A stretch of 61,379 nucleotides of DNA from Candidatus Heimdallarchaeota archaeon (GTDB taxonomy: Archaea > Asgardarchaeota > Heimdallarchaeia > Heimdallarchaeales > Kariarchaeaceae): positions 1 through 61,379 of the forward strand of contig WAKA01000126.1 in assembly GCA_015523565.1 (NCBI GenBank), read 5' to 3'. Below are positions 9,731 through 17,672 of this stretch, one piece after another (position 1 is the first letter of the stretch; the number at the start of each line of letters is the position of its first letter). The notes below the pieces were generated by a model, which did no database searches, was not told where the DNA came from, and was given only the letters and a program-made list of their open reading frames with translations. Made by a program: the position numbers and the translations under genes.

Positions 9731-10456
9731 ATGAGAATGGTTGAATCAATAAAGAATTCTGGACTTCCAATTCCTGCTACACCCAAAAAAAAGGAAGAGG
9801 ACCCAAAAGAAAAAGATGAAATCATTTCCAAAGGAAAAAACAATGCATATATTCATGTAAGGGTAGACCCTCATTTTAAAGAAGACCTTCTAAAAAAAGT
9901 TGAAGAACAAAATACAAATTTGACTGCCTTCGTAGTCAATACACTTTCTGAAGCTGTCTACAAAAAAGAAGAAGAAGAAATTGACAAGGATGAGAAATTC
10001 TTGGATGAGATCTTGGATGCCATGGAAAATTTGGAAAGGAGAATTGAAATCCGACTTTCCACACTTCAAGACACCTTTAACTCATTGATTGGTCGACTTA
10101 TTGATTTTGAGAACAGAGAAAGGAAACGCAAAAAACGAAGAAGAGGTTCAAAAGACGATGATGAGGACGAAGACATCCGTTCTGCTTTGGAAAAGGAAAA
10201 TGTCCTGAAAATAGAACCTGAAAAGATTATTTATGCAAGGGTAAAAAGATATATTGAAAACCGAGGCTCAAACAACTTTCCAGAATACGAAGAAATCCTT
10301 GCCCACTTAGAAACGGATTCAAGAATAAAAGAATATTTAGATGTCCAAGGCGCTGATTTTCCAGGATGGAAGGAATCTTTGATAACTGATGCTATTGAAG
10401 AGGCCATAGAAGAGTTGGGTATTTCTGTTATTAGGAAAGGAGGTGAGAAGAAATAG
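9731..10456 (+). CDS. Ribbon-helix-helix DNA-binding protein with coiled coil and a basic/acidic tract
   Basis: AYIHVRVDPHFKEDLLKKVEEQNTNLTAFVVNTLSEAV fits the RHH pattern. It is followed by a heptad-like segment and RERKRKKRRRGSKDDDEDED. Confidence 0.6.
   Translation: MRMVESIKNSGLPIPATPKKKEEDPKEKDEIISKGKNNAYIHVRVDPHFKEDLLKKVEEQNTNLTAFVVNTLSEAVYKKEEEEIDKDEKFLDEILDAMENLERRIEIRLSTLQDTFNSLIGRLIDFENRERKRKKRRRGSKDDDEDEDIRSALEKENVLKIEPEKIIYARVKRYIENRGSNNFPEYEEILAHLETDSRIKEYLDVQGADFPGWKESLITDAIEEAIEELGISVIRKGGEKK
10439..10446 (+). promoter_or_regulatory. Shine-Dalgarno GGAGGTGA upstream of a putative ATA start (10453)
   Basis: Strong archaeal SD 6 nt before an in-frame ATA that overlaps the upstream TAG stop. 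Confidence 0.55.
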
Positions 10457-12012
10457 CCCGCCGTCCTTTCGTTCGAAGAAAATCAAATGAAAAACGAAAT
10501 GAAGAGGCCTTGGACATATTCAAGCTTTTCAATCGGCTTAGACCAAATACCCGCCAAAAGTATTACCGAATAATTAATAATTTTGCACAATTCCTTTTGA
10601 TCCACAAAAAATCATTATGGGATGCCACTGCGCTTGATATTCGAAAATATCTTCTCCAAGAGGGTGATGCACAAGCCCGTAGCATCCTAAAAACATTTTA
10701 CAGGATATTGATTGAATCTGGTGAATTCATAGGGGACAACCCTGTAATTGTCTTAGCAAACTTGGAAGAAGAAGAAAGAAAGCATGGCTTGGAAGAACCC
10801 AAAACAATTTCCACTGCCGAATCAGTCCTACAAAGCCTAAATCCAGACATGGATCTCAACACTGATCTTACAACCCCTCGTGTTCAAAAGAAAAAGAAAT
10901 TGCCCAAACCCATCATGACCTTGACAGATCTTGAACATCTTCTTAAAAGAACATCCCATATCAGGGAAAAGGCAATTTTGGAAGTACTTTTCTTTACTGG
11001 TGCCAAACTCAAAGAAATAGTTGATCTAAATGTTTCCGATGTCGATTTGGAAGGCAGAAAAATTCTCTTTTTTGAAAATAACCAAGAAGTCTCTAGAGCA
11101 ATTGCCATTCCAAAACGCGCATTAAATTACCTTAAGCTCTACGAAAGATGGAGATATCGCCAGCTTTCTCCCTCAAACGCCTACTTCATAACAAAGCGAA
11201 CAAAAGAAAGAATGAACGTTTCTACAATATCTACATGGCTTTATAGGCTCCAAAGGGACAAAGAACCTGAAAACCGCTGGACTGCCTCCGATTTCAGGAA
11301 AAGGGCAATACTTCAGCACTATTGGCTTACCAAGGATTTGGCATCCGTGACCCGTTTTGCAGGATTTAAAAGACCGGAAGCCACACTTCGTGTAGTCAAT
11401 CAAATCCTAATGGATCGTGGTATAGAAACACTAGACGAACTAGCTAACCTGCCTGAATTTGAAGACTTGGAAAAAGACCGGAAAAAAGCAAGCACTAGAT
11501 TGGAAGAGCAATCCACAACCATTACCATCAATCTTGATCCTGATGAACTTGAAATAATCAGAAAATCAGGCTTGACCCCAACCCAAGCTGTCAAAACGGT
11601 TATTTCCTTGAAAGACCTTTATTCTGCCTTTGCTCCCGTTGCCGCGGCTCCGGCAAGATCTGCACCTTCAGCCAGCTTGGCCGCTGCCATGAATGTCGGT
11701 AAGCCAGGAGGGGTACCAAGTTTAGGCAGTAAGGCAAAACGTGAAAGTAAACCCAAGCCCATGAAACCCAAAGGACCTATTGGTCCACGACCGGGTGGTC
11801 CTGGGCCAGCCCCCATGGGTGGCGGCGGTCTAAGTTTCCTAAGCGAGCTAAAGGCCAAACTTCAAGCAAGAAACAAAGAGCAAAAAGAAAAGAAGGAGAT
11901 TACTGTAGGTCCCCAAGATCACTTTTCAAATGTAAAAATTGTTGATGCCAATTCACCTAATGAAGAGGAAACAAAAGAGGACGAAGAGGATAAAGAAAAG
12001 ACGGAAAGCTGA
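10453..12012 (+). CDS. Catalytically degenerate tyrosine-recombinase (Xer/integrase)-fold protein with Pro/Gly-rich tail
   Basis: SAM-like N-domain (NTRQKYYRIINNFAQFL...ATALDIRKYL). Box I EKAILEVLFFTGAKLKEIVDLNVSDVD; box II TASDFRK...DLASVTRFAGFKRPEATLRV. The ORF-track start is TTG 10510, but the frame is open back to 10447. Confidence 0.8.
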   Translation: MARRPFVRRKSNEKRNEEALDIFKLFNRLRPNTRQKYYRIINNFAQFLLIHKKSLWDATALDIRKYLLQEGDAQARSILKTFYRILIESGEFIGDNPVIVLANLEEEERKHGLEEPKTISTAESVLQSLNPDMDLNTDLTTPRVQKKKKLPKPIMTLTDLEHLLKRTSHIREKAILEVLFFTGAKLKEIVDLNVSDVDLEGRKILFFENNQEVSRAIAIPKRALNYLKLYERWRYRQLSPSNAYFITKRTKERMNVSTISTWLYRLQRDKEPENRWTASDFRKRAILQHYWLTKDLASVTRFAGFKRPEATLRVVNQILMDRGIETLDELANLPEFEDLEKDRKKASTRLEEQSTTITINLDPDELEIIRKSGLTPTQAVKTVISLKDLYSAFAPVAAAPARSAPSASLAAAMNVGKPGGVPSLGSKAKRESKPKPMKPKGPIGPRPGGPGPAPMGGGGLSFLSELKAKLQARNKEQKEKKEITVGPQDHFSNVKIVDANSPNEEETKEDEEDKEKTES

Positions 12013-12033
12013 TTGAATAAATTTTTATGAGTA

Positions 12034-12354
12034 TTGGTTCGATATAATTACATGGAAGATGAGAAATTTTACAAGACATTGCGGTTAAATATTTTGGAAA
12101 TGCTTAAGCCGAGCGCCGCCCGAAAAAACCGTCCTAAACTTACAGATGTTGATTTTTTGGCAAAAATTAAATCTCTTTACATCTTAAGCAAAAGAAAACC
12201 AACAAAAGACGAAACAATGAAGTGTATTAAGGATCTCATTGATTTTGGGTATGTCAAAGAATCCAAAATGGATTCGGTAACCATTTGGTCAATAACTGAT
12301 AAAGGTGTTGATGCATTAAAACAGCTTTCACATGGTGAAGAGGTCAAAATTTAA
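12034..12354 (+). CDS. Small winged-helix protein
   Basis: TKDETMKCIKDLIDFGYVKE...WSITDKGVDAL is a wHTH recognition helix plus wing signature. Confidence 0.65.
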   Translation: MVRYNYMEDEKFYKTLRLNILEMLKPSAARKNRPKLTDVDFLAKIKSLYILSKRKPTKDETMKCIKDLIDFGYVKESKMDSVTIWSITDKGVDALKQLSHGEEVKI

Positions 12355-12605
12355 AGAAGTGAAACCATTTCTTGAATGGTATTCATGAGAAAGGTATTGG
12401 ATGTTCCCTCCTGAAGTAATTCATTTACAATTTTGGAAACAGTTTTTTTGTCAGGTATTGAATTTCGCAAAATTTCAATTTTTGTTGTTGTTGGGATCTC
12501 TTCCTTCTCCAAAATTTTTCTGACCATCTCTTTATAAATAAAGTAGTCAGACATCATTTCGACTTCTTTTTCGCGCATCATAGCAGCATGCTCAGCATCA
12601 CACAC
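12351..12605 (-). CDS. Small hypothetical protein
   Basis: 84-aa ORF converging on the wHTH gene. Start uncertain. Confidence 0.45.
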   Translation of the reverse strand: MCDAEHAAMMREKEVEMMSDYFIYKEMVRKILEKEEIPTTTKIEILRNSIPDKKTVSKIVNELLQEGTSNTFLMNTIQEMVSLL

Positions 12606-12768
12606 AATAACGTTTCTTCTAGCTCCGCTATAATAACTTTTGTAGCGTTATTCGGAATTGTTTTACCGTTCGTGTACGATTTTCACAACCTTCCAATTCC
12701 CAAAAAATAATTGTTCTGATTCTGATTTGTTGAGTATTATTTTTATGAACCACTTTTTGTTTTATACC

Positions 12769-14319
12769 ATGGATGTCAAGTCCAAAATCTTGCTTGTCAT
12801 TATTGATGGCTTTGGGATTTCTGAAAAAATAGAAGGCAACTCAATAAAGCTTGCGAATACTCCTAATTGGGATGCTCTTGTCAGGGAATATCCATGGATA
12901 CCCTTAGATGCTTCTGGAAATGCTGTTGGATTACCCGACGGAGTGATGGGCAATAGTGAAGTTGGACATCTCACCATTGGATCAGGAAGAATAGAATTTC
13001 AAAGTTTTGAAAAAATAAATCAATCAATTAAAAACGGAACCTTCAAAGACAATCCTCAGCTACAAAAATTAATAAACAATGCCATAGCTCAATCAGGTGT
13101 AGTTCACCTAATGGGGCTAGTCAGTAAAGGTGGTGTTCATTCTCATTTTAACCATTTAAAGGCTTTAATTTCAATATTTGCAACTAATCCTGGAATAAAA
13201 AAGGTGTATATTCATGCATTTACTGATGGGAGGGATGTTTCTCCTCATAGTTCAATTCATGATATCCCTGAACTCATTGAATACATCGGAAATTTTGGAA
13301 ATGTAAAATTGACTGATATTATTGGTCGATTTTATGCAATGGACAGAGACAAAAGATGGGAAAGAACCAAAATTGCATATGATCTCCTAACCGCTGAACG
13401 AACTCAAGAAATGGTAGTCACCGACCTTAAAAGTGAAATCCAAAAACGTTACGAGGTAGGTGAAACTGACGAATTTTTAAAACCAATCATCCTTTCGACA
13501 GAGGGCACAATACAGGACAATGATACAGTTCTTTTCTTCAACTTTAGACCAGATCGTGCAAGACAACTCACTCAGTTTTTCATCTCACCCCAAAAATGGT
13601 CTGAACTTCATCTCAAAAAACTAAACAATTTGAATTTTGGCACAATGACTGAGTATGATCCGAATTACAATGTCATTGTCCTTTTCCCTGATGAAAAAGT
13701 AAAGAATACACTTGCAGAGGTACTGTCAAATCATGGAATCAGGCAATTACATGTTGCAGAAACAGAAAAATATGCCCATGTGACTTATTTTCTTAATGGT
13801 GGTGAAGAAAATCCTTTTCCGAATGAAGACCGAATTTTGATCCCAAGCAAAAGAAATTACCCAACCTATGACTTAATTCCTGAAATGAGCACAAAAGAGA
13901 TTGGTGATGCAGTAATAAAAGGATTGCAAGGTAATCCCCACTCCTATGACTTTATTGTTTGCAATTTTGCCTCTCCTGATATGGTTGGTCATACTGGAAA
14001 TCTAAAAGCAACAATTGCCGCAATTGAAATATTGGATGGGGTGCTTGGGAACATCCATTCTGAAGCAAAAAAGAATGAGTTTGTCATGATAGTAACAGCA
14101 GACCATGGGAATGCAGAACAGATGCAGGATGAAAACGGCAATCCTCACACAGCTCATACAACAAATCCTGTTCCGTTTTTAATAACAAAAATGAGATTAA
14201 AACTGAAATCCCATGGAGGGCTGTCAAATGTAGCCCCCTCAATACTTGACTTGATGGGTATTCAAAAACCACCAGAAATGACATCAGAAACACTAATTGT
14301 CCATGACAAAGTGGAATGA
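12769..14319 (+). CDS. gpmI: 2,3-bisphosphoglycerate-independent phosphoglycerate mutase (bacterial type)
   Basis: IIDGFG, MGNSEVGH, GGVHSH, AMDRDKRW, AETEKYAHVT, DMVGHTG, TADHGN. Start moved to ATG 12769 (MDVKSK). Confidence 0.95.
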   Translation: MDVKSKILLVIIDGFGISEKIEGNSIKLANTPNWDALVREYPWIPLDASGNAVGLPDGVMGNSEVGHLTIGSGRIEFQSFEKINQSIKNGTFKDNPQLQKLINNAIAQSGVVHLMGLVSKGGVHSHFNHLKALISIFATNPGIKKVYIHAFTDGRDVSPHSSIHDIPELIEYIGNFGNVKLTDIIGRFYAMDRDKRWERTKIAYDLLTAERTQEMVVTDLKSEIQKRYEVGETDEFLKPIILSTEGTIQDNDTVLFFNFRPDRARQLTQFFISPQKWSELHLKKLNNLNFGTMTEYDPNYNVIVLFPDEKVKNTLAEVLSNHGIRQLHVAETEKYAHVTYFLNGGEENPFPNEDRILIPSKRNYPTYDLIPEMSTKEIGDAVIKGLQGNPHSYDFIVCNFASPDMVGHTGNLKATIAAIEILDGVLGNIHSEAKKNEFVMIVTADHGNAEQMQDENGNPHTAHTTNPVPFLITKMRLKLKSHGGLSNVAPSILDLMGIQKPPEMTSETLIVHDKVE

Positions 14320-15000
14320 TTGAAAAACATACAAACCATATTGGTATTGTTGAAAAAAATCCGAATATTATTGGTTCGTCATGGAACAACTGATTGGAAT
14401 AGGGAAAAAAGACTTCAAGGGCAACTTGATTTACCAATCAATTCCCAAGGAAGAAGAGAGGCAATGACTGTATCAAATCGCTTGAAATCAGAACCTATCA
14501 GTGACATTTTCTCCTCAGACCTTCTTCGATGCCGTCAAACAGCAAGTTTTATTCGAAATAGGCATCCCCAATCAATCTACCATGAAACCAATTTTCTCAG
14601 AGAGGCAAATTCTGGAATTATGGGCGGTAAAAATATTAGGCGGCTCATGGGGTCTGAATTGTCATCTTTAAATGCCTTGAAAGAGTTTTTCAAACATTAT
14701 GGCGAATCAATGGAGGATGTATTCAATCGGATTTGGAAGTTTTTGAATTATCTCCTTTCGAGAAAAGAGGAGTTTGAAGGGAAAACAATCGTTTTTGTCA
14801 CTCATGGCGGTCCCATCAGAATGATATTGGGAAAACTTCTTGGGTATAAACAATCAGAACTCCGTTTGGCAACCAATGAAATCAAGATATCCAATTGCTC
14901 TATTACTGAAATTGTTTACGAGAATGCAAAATGGGAAATTAAGTCAATCAATGATACCGAACATTTGAATCAATTGAAAAAAGTACAACCTATCCTATAG
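14320..15000 (+). CDS. Histidine phosphatase family protein (PGM-like)
   Basis: LVRHGTTDWN, SSDLLRCRQTA, VTHGG, ISNCS. Confidence 0.9.
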   Translation: MKNIQTILVLLKKIRILLVRHGTTDWNREKRLQGQLDLPINSQGRREAMTVSNRLKSEPISDIFSSDLLRCRQTASFIRNRHPQSIYHETNFLREANSGIMGGKNIRRLMGSELSSLNALKEFFKHYGESMEDVFNRIWKFLNYLLSRKEEFEGKTIVFVTHGGPIRMILGKLLGYKQSELRLATNEIKISNCSITEIVYENAKWEIKSINDTEHLNQLKKVQPIL

Positions 15001-15043
15001 CCTGCTTTCAAATGCTTATAAATGACGCCTTATCAAGTCAACT

Positions 15044-16360
15044 ATGGTTTTTGCACCAGAGGTTTACCAAAAAAGGAGAAATTTATTTGCCAAAAAAATG
15101 AAAGAAGGTGTTTTGATTCTTCCATCAAATCCAGAATCCATTATGAGCAACGATGTTCATTATCCTTACCGACAAAATTCTAACATTCTTTATTTCTCTG
15201 GGTTTAAAGAGCCCAACACTGTTCTGGTTCTCGAAAAATCCAATGACAACGTAAAATTCACTATGTTCGTACCTCCACATGATCCAAAATTTGAAATCTG
15301 GAATGGAAGGAGACAAGGGGTTGACGGTGCTAAAAAGAATTTTTTTGCAGATGAAGCCTTTTCCATTGAAAGTTTCTCGGAGAAACTATTGGAAATCATT
15401 GCAGATCAAAATGTTCTTTATTATACTTTCGGGATAAACCCTGAAATTGATCAACTTATTCTGAATTCCAAATCCAAACTCAAAGAAAAAAGAAAACAAT
15501 TCCCTCTTGAAATAATCGATCCTGAGCCAATGATCCATGAAATGCGGCTAATTAAACAGCCTGAGGAAATCGAAATAATGAAAAAAGGCTCTGAAATTTC
15601 TATTCATGCACATTTAAATGCCATCAAAATGACTCGTCCAGGAATGTATGAATATGAAATAGACGCAATTTATGAATATGAGTTTAAAAGACACGGTGCC
15701 AAACGAGCCGCCTATCCTTCAATAGTTGGATCTGGCAAAAATGCAGTCATTCTCCATTATATCGAAAACAATGATCGTTTGGAAGATGGTGACCTATTAC
15801 TTGTCGACGCAGGATGTGAATACAACGATTATGCAATTGATATTACCCGAACTTGGCCTATAAACGGAAAATTCTCAGATGAACAAAAGAAAATCTATGA
15901 AATAGTTCTTACTGTGCAAAACGAGTGTATCGATAAATGTGTCAGTGGGATCAAATTTGGCGATCTCCATAATTATTGCGTCAAACGCATAACTGAAGAA
16001 TTGATCAAACTCAATCTCCTATCTGGTGATATAGATGAAATAATCGAAAATGAGGGATATAAACGATTTTTCATGCATGGGCTCGGACATAATCTTGGTA
16101 TTGATACCCATGACGTATCAACCATTCCACTTAAAGAAAGAATTTTGAAACCTGGAATGGTTGTCACGATTGAACCTGGTATTTATATCCCTGATGAACC
16201 AGATATCCCTGAATCATACAGAGGCATTGGCGTTCGAATTGAGGATGACATCCTGATTACAGAAACAGGGAATCTAAATCTAACAGAAAAACTTCCTAAA
16301 TCGATCAAAGAAATTGAAAAACTGGTTGGCTCAGCTCATTCTGCCACTTCTGTGCTTTGA
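15044..16360 (+). CDS. pepP: Xaa-Pro aminopeptidase
   Basis: AMP_N domain (YRQNSNILYFSG), DAGCE...DITRT, HGLGHNLG, TIEPGIY, GVRIEDD. Confidence 0.93.
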   Translation: MVFAPEVYQKRRNLFAKKMKEGVLILPSNPESIMSNDVHYPYRQNSNILYFSGFKEPNTVLVLEKSNDNVKFTMFVPPHDPKFEIWNGRRQGVDGAKKNFFADEAFSIESFSEKLLEIIADQNVLYYTFGINPEIDQLILNSKSKLKEKRKQFPLEIIDPEPMIHEMRLIKQPEEIEIMKKGSEISIHAHLNAIKMTRPGMYEYEIDAIYEYEFKRHGAKRAAYPSIVGSGKNAVILHYIENNDRLEDGDLLLVDAGCEYNDYAIDITRTWPINGKFSDEQKKIYEIVLTVQNECIDKCVSGIKFGDLHNYCVKRITEELIKLNLLSGDIDEIIENEGYKRFFMHGLGHNLGIDTHDVSTIPLKERILKPGMVVTIEPGIYIPDEPDIPESYRGIGVRIEDDILITETGNLNLTEKLPKSIKEIEKLVGSAHSATSVL

Positions 16361-16689
16361 ACCGCAGGATATCTTTCCATCATTTGTTTTCCAAAATCAT
16401 CAATTCTTTCTATAATATCACATAAAACCATCCCGAATTCACCAATGAAATATGTATGGTGGGGCGGGTTAATTGTCTTCTTTTCTACAATGCCATGGGT
16501 CATGAAATCTGAAAGTAAACCCGAAAGAACGGAAGCAGATATGCCTGGAACGCGTTGTTTTATTTCACCAAATGTCAACGGCGAATGTGTCAATTCATGC
16601 AACACTTTTATTGCCCATTTTCTTCCAATCAATCTTAATGTTTCTTCTACATGGGTTGGTAGGTCTCCTACTTCCTCGTCAAAATCCAC
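16336..16689 (-). CDS. HxlR-family transcriptional regulator
   Basis: TLRLIGRKWAIKVLHEL...TFGEIKQRVPGISASVLS. Confidence 0.85.
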   Translation of the reverse strand: MDFDEEVGDLPTHVEETLRLIGRKWAIKVLHELTHSPLTFGEIKQRVPGISASVLSGLLSDFMTHGIVEKKTINPPHHTYFIGEFGMVLCDIIERIDDFGKQMMERYPAVQSTEVAE

Positions 16690-16823
16690 ACGTTCTATTT
16701 TGTTTGCTTATTATAAGCTTTTCAGGTTCAAAACCGTAATATTGCATGATTCCATGTGTTTGAATGCAAGATTGAATAGGTTTTCCAGAATATTCTTTTA
16801 GGTCAATTTCCTTATAATACCTA

Positions 16824-17576
16824 GTGAGTGATGGAAAACTAAATTTCTTTGTGACATGCCCAAAATGTGAAAAAAGAGAGAAGGTATTGTTTGAAGTGCC
16901 TGAAATGAAAGAGACCAAAACCTTTGGTGGTATTCCTCTTCCTTCTGTAAAAAAGGAAGAAATCTTTTCTCTTAGTTATAATCATGATACCCATACACTC
17001 ATAGTCAATTTTCTTAAAGACGGCACAGTTCAGTCATGCCAAACAATGGAACGGATTGATCGGTCATTGGAAGGTCTTTCAGCTCGTCCCGTGCAACAAG
17101 GGATTAATTTGGCAGAAGGATTGGAAAATGAGTGCTTTCTGTTAATTGTCTCGAAGCTTCCTGATATGTGGGAAATCATGCGCATGATGTCTGCATTGTT
17201 TTTGAAAAACATCCCTTCAGAATTGAACTTCCGTTCTTCCCGAACATCGAACTCATTCATTATAGATGTTGGAAAACTACGTATCGCATTATTTAAGGAT
17301 ACAATGTCCCATAACAATAAAATTTTCCAACGACCTGAACTTTATCTCCTCCTTGATGCAAGAAACAAGCAAAATACATCAATTAATATTCAACCTCCAA
17401 AAATGTTCATTCTAGTAAATTCATTGACCGATCTGACAGACCCGTCAAACACCGAGCTAATGAATTTAATAGATACAACCAGACCCACTGCATTTTTTCA
17501 AGGGAAAACCTTTTCAGAAATTATCGACTCAATTTCAAATATTCTTGTCTTTATTGAACAAGCGGAAAGTTCATAA
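16824..17576 (+). CDS. Hypothetical protein with N-terminal CxxC...HxxH putative Zn domain
   Basis: CPKC ... YNHDTHTLIVNF. Confidence 0.55.
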   Translation: MSDGKLNFFVTCPKCEKREKVLFEVPEMKETKTFGGIPLPSVKKEEIFSLSYNHDTHTLIVNFLKDGTVQSCQTMERIDRSLEGLSARPVQQGINLAEGLENECFLLIVSKLPDMWEIMRMMSALFLKNIPSELNFRSSRTSNSFIIDVGKLRIALFKDTMSHNNKIFQRPELYLLLDARNKQNTSINIQPPKMFILVNSLTDLTDPSNTELMNLIDTTRPTAFFQGKTFSEIIDSISNILVFIEQAESS

Positions 17577-17672
17577 TTAAAGAGGGTGTTTCAATTTGTT
17601 AGTTATCTTTCCTTAATTCAAGGGATGTGAAAGACTTACTTATAAAGTATGTTTCGAAATCAATATTAGACA

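Noticed and set aside
10453-12012. Active integrase marking a provirus or integrative element
   Set aside because: Catalytic residues are substituted, and I saw no tRNA/att site, viral, replication or conjugation genes nearby.
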